Positions 9,355 to 17,214 are shown, numbered from the stretch's first letter. The stretch is DNA of 20,000 bases from an uncultured virus (IMG/VR IMGVR_UViG_3300007346_007557) (IMGVR_UViG_3300007346_007557); one strand, 5' to 3'. The notes: generated by a model not told the origin, from the letters alone. Program-made: numbers and translations.

Positions 9355-9729
9355 ATGAGTTCAGTAACAGATGCAAGTATTAATCCATCAACAGATAGTG
9401 CAAGTGAAATAAAACAATTCTTTGATCAGTATTTTTCTAATCCAATACAATATTCTAGTAACGAAGTTGATAGTGTTGTAGGATTTTTTACAAAACGTGG
9501 TTTTGATCAACAAGCCAGTATCAGTGTAGCAACTACATTATTACAACAAGCAAAAGTAGAAAAGAAACCAATCTTTCAATTATTAGATACACTGAAAGGT
9601 TTAGATAGTATACAATTAAGTAAATTAATTGCAGCAATACTTAATAGTAATCGTAGTTATACAAGTGCTTTAGGATATGTTAATAATGAAAATGGTGAAA
9701 CAACCGAAAGTAGGAACATTATTGTTTAA
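9355..9729 (+). CDS. Hypothetical protein (probably virion-associated)
   Basis: 124-aa ORF packed tightly in the late operon; stop overlaps the next ATG (TAATG). Confidence 0.7.
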   Translation: MSSVTDASINPSTDSASEIKQFFDQYFSNPIQYSSNEVDSVVGFFTKRGFDQQASISVATTLLQQAKVEKKPIFQLLDTLKGLDSIQLSKLIAAILNSNRSYTSALGYVNNENGETTESRNIIV

Positions 9730-10166
9730 TGGCACGCTTTGCACAAGGAAAGTATACTTTAAAAAATCCTTCTAAGTACATTGGTGGTAGAACACCGACT
9801 TATAGAAGTAGTTGGGAATTTGCTTTCATGCGTATGTGTGATACTAATGAAAGTATTACAAAATGGGCCAGTGAAGCAATAAAGATTCCATACAGAAATC
9901 CTTTAAGTGGAAAATTTACAATCTACGTTCCAGATTTTTTTGTTGTTTACACTGATAGAAATGGCAAGCAACATGTAGAACTTATAGAAGTAAAACCTAG
10001 TAATCACACTCTTAAAGAAAAAACTGGCCGCAGTAGAACTAACCAATTACATTTTGCAGTTAATCAAGCCAAATGGACTGCTGCTAGAGCATATTGTAAA
10101 CAAAAAGGTATGACGTTTAGAATAGTTACTGAAAATGAAATGTTTCACCAAGGTAAAAGAAGATGA
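9729..10166 (+). CDS. gp4: Head completion protein, T4 gp4-like (TnsA-N/PD-(D/E)xK nuclease fold)
   Basis: NP.KY.G, YRSSWE, WASE.I.IPY, Y.PDF, IEVKP and NQAKW.AA motifs of gp4. Confidence 0.9.
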   Translation: MARFAQGKYTLKNPSKYIGGRTPTYRSSWEFAFMRMCDTNESITKWASEAIKIPYRNPLSGKFTIYVPDFFVVYTDRNGKQHVELIEVKPSNHTLKEKTGRSRTNQLHFAVNQAKWTAARAYCKQKGMTFRIVTENEMFHQGKRR

Positions 10167-10729
10167 AAATAGCATTTGTTCATATTCCTAAAACAGGAGG
10201 TGCAAGTGTTTATCGTTGGTGGTATAAAAATTTAAGAAATTCTAACTTTCAATTTGTAAGAAACGGACATGAATTCATAGGAAACATAAAAGAAGATTAC
10301 GATAAAAGTTTTACAATAACAAGAAATACATGGAATAGATTAATAAGTCTTTATGTATTTCAAGAACAAAAATGTTATCAAAAAATAAGAAAAAATCACA
10401 AAGTAGATTTTTATAAAGATATTTTAAATGCATGGAATAAAGGAATAGAATACTATATTGAATATAGTCTTGACAATAATTTTAATGGAACACATTGTCA
10501 AATAGAATATACAAAAGGTGTAGAACATATATTTTCAACTGAAAACTTGAAACAAGATTTTGCTACTATACAACAATGGGCCGATTGTTATATTCCTTTA
10601 GAAAAAAATGTGCATGTTGGAAAATATAATAAAAAAGAATTTATGACAAAAAAATTTATAGACTTTGTGGGTAATAAATTTCAAAAAGAAATAGAATACT
10701 TTTCCTATGCTCCTATACTAGATAAATAA
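10163..10729 (+). CDS. Sulfotransferase family 2-like protein
   Basis: N-terminal FVHIPKTGGASV (5'-PSB loop) and FTITRNTWNRLISLY (3'-PB motif R.P..R..S.Y, Pro replaced by Thr); ENL..DF and C-terminal F.Y also fit. Confidence 0.75.
   Translation: MKIAFVHIPKTGGASVYRWWYKNLRNSNFQFVRNGHEFIGNIKEDYDKSFTITRNTWNRLISLYVFQEQKCYQKIRKNHKVDFYKDILNAWNKGIEYYIEYSLDNNFNGTHCQIEYTKGVEHIFSTENLKQDFATIQQWADCYIPLEKNVHVGKYNKKEFMTKKFIDFVGNKFQKEIEYFSYAPILDK
10721..10728 (+). promoter_or_regulatory. Late promoter GATAAATA for TerS
   Basis: Overlaps the last codons GAT AAA TAA of the sulfotransferase gene. Confidence 0.7.
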
Positions 10730-10754
10730 TAGTAGCATATAATGGATAACTACT

Positions 10755-11246
10755 ATGACAAAAAAATTAGAAGAATTGTTAAATTTACCTGATAACCAAG
10801 ACATTGTTGATGAACAACAAGAAAAAGCAGAAGCAGCAGTTATTTCACATGAAGATACATTCCGTGATATTGCAGAGTTTGACAAAATAGCAAGTGCATT
10901 GCCTGCTGTAAAAGGTTTAGGTGATTTGGCAGACAAAGAACTAAATGAAGTTGCTGACAAAGCAATGACTGCATATGACGACCTAATGGACCTGGGTATG
11001 AATGTTGAAAGTCGTTATAGTGGCAGAGTTTTTGAAGTTGCAGGTACTATGTTAAAAACCAGTCTTGATGCAAAAGTTGCAAAACTAGATAAAAAACTTA
11101 AAATGGTAGAACTACAACTTAAAAAAGAAAAAATGGATAGAGACAGCGGATCCGGTGATGGCGGTATTACTGAAGGCGAAGGGTTTGTAGTTACAGATAG
11201 AAATAGTCTTTTACAAAAGCTAAAAGGACTTGATAATGATAAATAG
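10755..11246 (+). CDS. gp16: Terminase small subunit (gp16-like)
   Basis: 163 aa, helical; AYDDLMDLG...SGRVFEVAGTMLK resembles the gp16 R.yEV...l.k helix; near TerL. Confidence 0.7.
   Translation: MTKKLEELLNLPDNQDIVDEQQEKAEAAVISHEDTFRDIAEFDKIASALPAVKGLGDLADKELNEVADKAMTAYDDLMDLGMNVESRYSGRVFEVAGTMLKTSLDAKVAKLDKKLKMVELQLKKEKMDRDSGSGDGGITEGEGFVVTDRNSLLQKLKGLDNDK
11238..11245 (+). promoter_or_regulatory. Late promoter GATAAATA
   Basis: Overlaps the last codons GAT AAA TAG of TerS; AGGA SD follows, then ATG 11269. Confidence 0.7.
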
Positions 11247-11268
11247 TAGTATAGTTTAGGATACGACA

Positions 11269-11823
11269 ATGAAAAAATTTGCAGATTATTTAATTGAATC
11301 TAAAAAAACATATGAATTTAAAATCGGAGTTGCTGGCGAGCTGCCTGAAGATTTTGAAAACCGCATGGAAACTGCACTACAAAAGTTTGCTTGTACAAAG
11401 ATGAGTGCAGGTAAAAAAACACCTATTCAAGAACGTCCGTTGGACTTTCCTCAATTACAAAATACAGACGTTACCTACTATGAAGTAGAATGTTCATATC
11501 CTACAACAATACAAGTTTTACAAGAATACATTGGTAGTTGCTGTGCTATTCCTCAAAGCCACATTATTGTACGTAATCCAAACGAACCACAAGAACTATA
11601 TCAGCAAGAAGATACAAAAGACGAATATGTAGCAAAACTTACACAAGAAGACATGGGCGGAGAAAGCGCACAAGAAGATGCAGGCAGCGCTCGTGTTATG
11701 AATTTGTTGAAAGAATTAGAAACAGCCCGTAAAGAAAGATCAAACGATTATGTTGGTGAGGCTCCTGCAGGAGAGAGCAAAGATATCAGCGATGCTGAAA
11801 ACAGCAAGGCAGTGTTATCATGA
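11269..11823 (+). CDS. Hypothetical protein, probable internal head protein (capsid-targeting-like N-terminus MKKFADYLIE)
   Basis: 184 aa; first 10 residues resemble the T4 internal-protein CTS (MKTYQEFIAE); late promoter upstream. Confidence 0.6.
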   Translation: MKKFADYLIESKKTYEFKIGVAGELPEDFENRMETALQKFACTKMSAGKKTPIQERPLDFPQLQNTDVTYYEVECSYPTTIQVLQEYIGSCCAIPQSHIIVRNPNEPQELYQQEDTKDEYVAKLTQEDMGGESAQEDAGSARVMNLLKELETARKERSNDYVGEAPAGESKDISDAENSKAVLS

Positions 11824-13274
11824 AACGTAAAGAAATCCTAACAGAAAATCCTCTAGCAATTGCACTTATGGGCGCACTAGTTGGTATGGGACTAGAAAAA
11901 GAAAAAGCAAAAAAAGCAGCAGCACAAGCTGTAAATCAAGCACAATCAGGTAAAGCAGCACCAGCAGCAGCAACAGCACCACAGGGTGCAGATTATAATC
12001 AAATTATGAAACGTGGCAGTAGAGGCGAAGGTGTTAAGCAACTACAAATAAACTTAGGTATGACAGGTCCAGAAGTTGATGGTATTTTTGGTCCTGCTAC
12101 AGAAAAAGCAGTTAAAACATTTCAACAAAATTCAGGTGCAAAGGTTGATGGTATTGTTGGTCCAGAAACTAGAGGCATGATTGAAAAATATGCAGGTAAT
12201 AATGATGAACCAGCAGCAAGTTCTCCTCCACAAAGTACAACCCCAAGTTCAACAAAGCCGTGGAGAGCTGTAAATCCTCAACCACCAGGTTATGGACGTC
12301 AAGTAAATAAAATTCTAATTACAGATGGTAGTAGATATTATTATGTAGGTGCCGAACCAGAAAATGGAAAATATACAGGCGGTGGACCAGTAAAGATAGG
12401 TGCCGACGGCAAACCAACTGGTATTGAAAATTTAAAAGGATTTCAAACTGATGCTGATAACGTAGACATGAGCGGGGTAAAGGAGTCAATTATGACAGAC
12501 AAAAAACAATTAGACGAAGCAAGCATTAACATTAATGGTGCTGATGCAAGTGAAGTAGCAGAAATACTACGTATGATGCAACTAGCAGGAGCACCGGGTG
12601 CAAAAGTAGTTGAACCAGACGATATTAATCCAGGTCCAAAACCTTGCCCAATATGCGGAAAGATTCACGGTCCAAGTCAACCAATGGGCGGGTGTGGTGC
12701 AAAACCAAAAGAGCCAGGCATGGGCGATATGATCAAATTAATGGCCCCAGAAGAAGCAGTTGCAGAAGGCGAAGATAAAATAAACAATCCAGCATATTTA
12801 GATATAATAAAAAATTTACTAATGCGAGCAAAAAGCACTGAAGAATTTAAAGATTATCTAAACAATGAAATGGACGAAGATCCTAAATTTGGACAATGGA
12901 TGAATTATTATGCAAAACACACTCCACTAGGTAAAAGAGCAATAAACGTTTATTTCGGTCGTGACGTAATAGGCGAAGAAGAAGATTATGACGGTGATTT
13001 TCAAGATGCTAGTACAGAACCAGATGAAACATATATGAATGATGTTAGTGCTAGTATTCCAGCAGGAAATGACATGCACAAAGAAAAAGGATCATACCCA
13101 GCAACAGCAGGTGGTGACAATCCTATGAATACCAAAGAAAGCATCAAGGCAAGATTGTTACAAGCTCTTTCAGAAAAGAAAGCAAAACCAGATTATATTG
13201 ATATTGACGGTGACGGTGACAAAAAAGAGCCAATGAAAAAAGCCATCAAAGATAAAGAGAAAAAGAAGGACTAA
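11820..13274 (+). CDS. Modular protein with PG_binding_1 peptidoglycan-binding domain; probable processed virion protein
   Basis: MKRGSRGEGVKQLQINLG...VDGIFGPATEKAVKTFQQNSGAKVDGIVGPET (about 12003-12182) is a clear PG_binding_1 domain. Also a CPICGKIH motif and a C-terminal DIDGDGD. Confidence 0.75.
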   Translation: MKRKEILTENPLAIALMGALVGMGLEKEKAKKAAAQAVNQAQSGKAAPAAATAPQGADYNQIMKRGSRGEGVKQLQINLGMTGPEVDGIFGPATEKAVKTFQQNSGAKVDGIVGPETRGMIEKYAGNNDEPAASSPPQSTTPSSTKPWRAVNPQPPGYGRQVNKILITDGSRYYYVGAEPENGKYTGGGPVKIGADGKPTGIENLKGFQTDADNVDMSGVKESIMTDKKQLDEASININGADASEVAEILRMMQLAGAPGAKVVEPDDINPGPKPCPICGKIHGPSQPMGGCGAKPKEPGMGDMIKLMAPEEAVAEGEDKINNPAYLDIIKNLLMRAKSTEEFKDYLNNEMDEDPKFGQWMNYYAKHTPLGKRAINVYFGRDVIGEEEDYDGDFQDASTEPDETYMNDVSASIPAGNDMHKEKGSYPATAGGDNPMNTKESIKARLLQALSEKKAKPDYIDIDGDGDKKEPMKKAIKDKEKKKD

Positions 13275-13292
13275 TTCATCCCCCCAGAACTC

Positions 13293-13319
13293 AATAGCGC
13301 CTTAGGGCGCTATTTTTTT
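13293..13319 (+). terminator. Rho-independent terminator
   Basis: AATAGCGCC-TTAG-GGCGCTATT followed by TTTTT. Confidence 0.85.
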
Positions 13320-13320
13320 G

Positions 13321-13328
13321 GTTAAATA
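13321..13328 (+). promoter_or_regulatory. Variant late promoter GTTAAATA for TerL
   Basis: GTTAAATA-CAAC-ATG(13333), directly after the terminator; same geometry as the 8034 site. Confidence 0.6.
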
Positions 13329-13332
13329 CAAC

Positions 13333-14913
13333 ATGAGTAAAAGTTTAGACGGTGTATTAACAAAAAAAGCAAATCAGAAAGAAACATATACAGAAACACA
13401 AATTCAAGATCTATTGAATTGTATGGATCCTGATGAAGGTTACTTGTATTTTGCAAAACGATTTGCACACATTCAGCATCCAGTAAAAGGAAAACTTTTG
13501 TTTGATCCTTACGAATATCAGTTGAGGTTGATGCATTCGTATCATAATTTTAGATTTAATATTAATATGATGCCTAGACAAACAGGTAAAACTACATGTG
13601 CTAGTATATATTTGTGTTGGTATGCAATGTTCAATCCAGATCAAACTATTCTTATTGCAGCACACAAATACACAGGTGCGCAGGAGATTATGCAGCGTAT
13701 ACGCTATGTATATGAACTATGTCCTGATTACATAAGAGCAGGTGTAACTAGTTATAATAAAGGTAGTATTGAGTTTGAAAATGGGTCACGTATTATCAGT
13801 CAAACAACAACAGGCACTACTGGACGTGGTTTGTCTATCTCGCTACTATATTGTGACGAGTTTGCGTTTGTGCAACCAAACATTGCTGAAGAATTTTGGA
13901 CTTCAATTTCGCCTACACTAGCAACAGGTGGTAGAGCTATTATTACAAGCACACCAAACTCAGACGAAGATACATTTGCAGTTATATGGAAACAAGCTGA
14001 ACAAAAGTTTGATGAGCATGGAAATGAACAAGAAATTGGTATAAATGGTTTTCACGCTTATAGAGCTCATTGGAGTGAACACCCCGACCGTGACGACGAA
14101 TGGAAAGTTAATGAAATAGGTCGTATTGGTGAAGAAATGTTTCGTAGAGAATATGGCTGTGAATTTTTAATCTTTGATGAAACACTGATCAATAGTATAA
14201 AACTTGCTGCAATGGAAGGCATTGAACCTACATTGCATATGGGTCAAGTGCGATGGTACAAAAAACCTGATGCAAAAAAATCTTATGTTATAGGATTAGA
14301 TCCTGCTATGGGAACAGGTGGAGATTTTGCTGCTATACAAGTGATAGAACTGCCTACATATGAACAAGTTGCTGAGTGGCAACATAACACTACAGCTATT
14401 CCAGGACAAATTAGGGTTTTGCGAGATATTTGTAGTTATATTGCAGAAGAAACAAAAACTACTTCTAATATTTATTGGAGCGTTGAAAACAATGGTATAG
14501 GAGAAGCAGCACTACTTGTAATACAAGATTTTGGCGAAGAAAACATTCCTGGATTATTCATTAGTGAACCAATACGAAAAGGTCATGTAAGAAAATTTAG
14601 AAAAGGTTTTAATACTACACATGGAAGTAAAACTACAAGTTGTGCTAGATTAAAAACAATGATTGAAAATGATAAACTAATATTAAAAAGTAAGCCTTGT
14701 ATTAGTGAACTTAAAGCATACATAGCAGCAGGTAGTAGTTTTCAAGCAAAACCAGGACATCATGATGATTTAATTAGCAGTTTAATTTTAACATTAAGAA
14801 TAATGAGCGTTATGAAAGATTGGGATCCTACGGTTTATAATACGTTTAGCCAAATTGAAGCAGATGAAGAATATGAAATGCCCATGCCTATCTTCGTAAG
14901 TAGCAGTTATTGA
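13333..14913 (+). CDS. gp17: Terminase large subunit (gp17-like)
   Basis: PRQTGKTT (Walker A), LLYCDEFAF (Walker B), ITSTPN (coupling motif), IGLDPA.G.GGD and HDDL (nuclease). Start is ATG 13333. Confidence 0.97.
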   Translation: MSKSLDGVLTKKANQKETYTETQIQDLLNCMDPDEGYLYFAKRFAHIQHPVKGKLLFDPYEYQLRLMHSYHNFRFNINMMPRQTGKTTCASIYLCWYAMFNPDQTILIAAHKYTGAQEIMQRIRYVYELCPDYIRAGVTSYNKGSIEFENGSRIISQTTTGTTGRGLSISLLYCDEFAFVQPNIAEEFWTSISPTLATGGRAIITSTPNSDEDTFAVIWKQAEQKFDEHGNEQEIGINGFHAYRAHWSEHPDRDDEWKVNEIGRIGEEMFRREYGCEFLIFDETLINSIKLAAMEGIEPTLHMGQVRWYKKPDAKKSYVIGLDPAMGTGGDFAAIQVIELPTYEQVAEWQHNTTAIPGQIRVLRDICSYIAEETKTTSNIYWSVENNGIGEAALLVIQDFGEENIPGLFISEPIRKGHVRKFRKGFNTTHGSKTTSCARLKTMIENDKLILKSKPCISELKAYIAAGSSFQAKPGHHDDLISSLILTLRIMSVMKDWDPTVYNTFSQIEADEEYEMPMPIFVSSSY

Positions 14914-14919
14914 TAAATA
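14912..14919 (+). promoter_or_regulatory. Late promoter GATAAATA
   Basis: Overlaps the TerL stop TGA; 7 nt before ATG 14927. Confidence 0.7.
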
Positions 14920-14926
14920 GTATACA

Positions 14927-17149
14927 ATGAGAAATTTAAATACCGTAGCAGAACAATTATTTAATGAAATTAGAGGACGTTATTCAAGCGTGTCAATCGG
15001 CGATGCTGATGGTAACATTACCAATGAACCTAAGCAAGCAAGATTTTATGAATTTGATTTTAAATCAGGAATGCAGGATTTAGGAAAAGTAAGTGTAACA
15101 CTTGACGAAGAATCTGGTGTTACAATTATGTATAATAATAATTTTACAGAAAATGCACTAGTAAGTGAAAAACAAGATTGGTATAATTTTTTAAAAAATA
15201 TTAGAATGTTTGCAAAAAAACGTTTATTAAATTTCGAAGTAAGAGATATTAATAAATCAAATCTAACTAAACGTGATTATTCTTATCTAGCTAAAAATCG
15301 TAGCGGAGATCAAACTATGGCTGAGTCTAAAATGTACGGCAGTAATAAAACAAGTTTTCAAAAAATTGGTAATGCAAAATTATCAATTAAACATACAAAA
15401 CCTATGGAAGAAAGTGAAAGTAGAACAAAAAATATTGGTTCTATTTACATCGAAAATAACCAAGGTGAAAAATTTAAATATCCTTACAAACATCTTAGTG
15501 GTGCAAGAGCTTTAGCTATGCATGTTAGCGAAGGTGGCAATCCTTATGACGACTTTGGTAAACACATTACAGGTTTAAGTGAAGAACTATCTAATCTCCG
15601 CAAGTTCAAAACTTATATGGGCCGTAGCAGTGTAATGGCAGAAAGCCTTGCTGAACATATGGATATTGTTAATGAAAGAATTGCAACAATTAAAAAGTCT
15701 ATACAAAATCTTCAAAAGGAATCTCATTACAAACAAGCATTTGAAGAATTTGTACCAATTGAAGACATAGAAGTACCAGAAGATATATCAGCTAATTGGA
15801 TCGACCAATTAACCGTAAAACAATTTAATGAAGAATTAAAAGATGTATTTCCATACATTTACAATTTAGTTAGTGAAAATACAAAACCAGAAGAAATAAC
15901 TTTTGAAGACATTTTTTATGAAGCAAAAGATACAATGATAAAAACACAACCTGGTGAAGATTCTGTATCGCAAGTTGCACAAAGATTCAGAGTGCCTGCA
16001 GAAAAAATGAAAGATTTTATTCAAGACGTCATCGAAGTTAATGGGTTAGATAGTGACAAACTACAACCAGGAATAGATTTAGTTATACCAGCAGGTTATA
16101 TTCCTGGTAATGTATCATCGAGTCCAAGACCGCAAATGAGACCAACTAATAATACAAATATCGGCAGTACAGAAATAGCACCAAATGGTCAAGTTACAGG
16201 CAGCACAAGAGGCTTCAATACAGAGTCTGCAATTGATGCTGCATTTGATAAATTGTTAGGACAATTTGCAGATAATTTTAGTGCGCAAGTAGAAGGCGAT
16301 ACAGATGAAGGCAACGCATACGCACATGCTGTAAGACAAGCAAAAATGAATGGCGCTAAAAAAGGCGACAAAATAGATCATCCAGATTCAGACGAAGATG
16401 ATATTGTAATTGAAAAAGACAAAACACCATTAGGCGAGTTTATACTAAGTTACTTTGATAGACAAACAGGCCAGTTTCCAAAAGGCGAAACAGCAGTATT
16501 GACCAGTGTAGAAAAAGACTATGGCGATCAATACGTCAAACCAGCAAGTCAGTTCATAGAACGTCTAGGTCAAGTATACGAAAAATATCAACAGAAAAAA
16601 CTAGGACAAGTTAATTTAGACGAAGCAGGTGCCGGAGACTTTGAATCTCAATTCAGACGTATTCAACAAAGAGGTGGCAACGTAGCAGTTAGTATACATG
16701 GACTTCTTAAAGACTCTGGGTTAGATGCAGATCAAATTATGGGATTTGATCCTAATGTTCCGAGCAACCGTACTAAAGTTAACCAATTTCAACAAGGTAA
16801 TCAAGAAGAAGTTTTACAAAAAGCACAGCAGGCATTGGGCAGCGCACAAGGCGGACAAGCACAGCCAGCAGCAGGTAGTGCGCAAGGCGGACAAGATTTA
16901 GGCAATGGCTTCCAAAAAATAAAACATCCACAATATGGTGATGCTATATTGGATACTCAAAGCGGAAGTGTTATTTTTGTAAATGCAGGAAAATTAAGAT
17001 CTCCAGGCAAATATGCAGTTTTACAAAGAAATGGAAAAATACAAACTACAAACCAATTAGGACCGATGTCTACACAAGCAATGCAAGATGCAGGTTTAGG
17101 CGAGTCACAAAATTTAAACAGAATTCAAGAGTTAGCCGGTTTAAGATAA
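14927..17149 (+). CDS. Large modular hypothetical protein with LysM-like domain; probable processed virion protein
   Basis: IKTQPGEDSVSQVAQRF...IEVNGLDSDKLQPGIDLVIP (about 15929-16090) fits LysM. Many hydrophobic-X-E sites; ends LNRIQELAGLR. Confidence 0.65.
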   Translation: MRNLNTVAEQLFNEIRGRYSSVSIGDADGNITNEPKQARFYEFDFKSGMQDLGKVSVTLDEESGVTIMYNNNFTENALVSEKQDWYNFLKNIRMFAKKRLLNFEVRDINKSNLTKRDYSYLAKNRSGDQTMAESKMYGSNKTSFQKIGNAKLSIKHTKPMEESESRTKNIGSIYIENNQGEKFKYPYKHLSGARALAMHVSEGGNPYDDFGKHITGLSEELSNLRKFKTYMGRSSVMAESLAEHMDIVNERIATIKKSIQNLQKESHYKQAFEEFVPIEDIEVPEDISANWIDQLTVKQFNEELKDVFPYIYNLVSENTKPEEITFEDIFYEAKDTMIKTQPGEDSVSQVAQRFRVPAEKMKDFIQDVIEVNGLDSDKLQPGIDLVIPAGYIPGNVSSSPRPQMRPTNNTNIGSTEIAPNGQVTGSTRGFNTESAIDAAFDKLLGQFADNFSAQVEGDTDEGNAYAHAVRQAKMNGAKKGDKIDHPDSDEDDIVIEKDKTPLGEFILSYFDRQTGQFPKGETAVLTSVEKDYGDQYVKPASQFIERLGQVYEKYQQKKLGQVNLDEAGAGDFESQFRRIQQRGGNVAVSIHGLLKDSGLDADQIMGFDPNVPSNRTKVNQFQQGNQEEVLQKAQQALGSAQGGQAQPAAGSAQGGQDLGNGFQKIKHPQYGDAILDTQSGSVIFVNAGKLRSPGKYAVLQRNGKIQTTNQLGPMSTQAMQDAGLGESQNLNRIQELAGLR
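16838..16894 (+). repeat. Short intragenic duplication encoding GSAQGGQ twice
   Basis: GGCAGCGCACAAGGCGGACAA (16838-16858) and GGTAGTGCGCAAGGCGGACAA (16874-16894). Confidence 0.8.
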
Positions 17150-17158
17150 TCGGCTAAC
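17131..17158 (+). terminator. Hairpin spanning the stop codon of the 740-aa gene
   Basis: GTTAGCCGGTT-TAAGAT-AATCGGCTAAC: 11-bp stem with one G-U pair; weak U-tract. Confidence 0.5.
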
Positions 17159-17185
17159 CATTTGAAAATATTGTCAAAAAAATAG

Positions 17186-17214
17186 TTGACAAGATAAATA
17201 ACATTGTGTAGTAT
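17186..17214 (+). promoter_or_regulatory. Composite promoter for gp32: sigma70 TTGACA-17nt-TAGTAT with late GATAAATA nested in the spacer
   Basis: TTGACA 17186-17191, GATAAATA 17193-17200, TAGTAT 17209-17214. Confidence 0.75.

Noticed and set aside
9729..10166. TnsA-like nuclease as sign of a Tn7 element or homing endonuclease
   Set aside because: Motifs and context match T4 gp4 head completion protein; no TnsB/C genes or terminal repeats.
11820..13274. Calling the PG-binding protein an endolysin
   Set aside because: No amidase, muramidase or peptidase catalytic motif was recognised; only the binding domain is supported.
17172..17177. Minus-strand TTGACA as a divergent sigma70 promoter
   Set aside because: No acceptable -10 at 17-nt spacing (GCCGAT); kept only as half of an inverted repeat.
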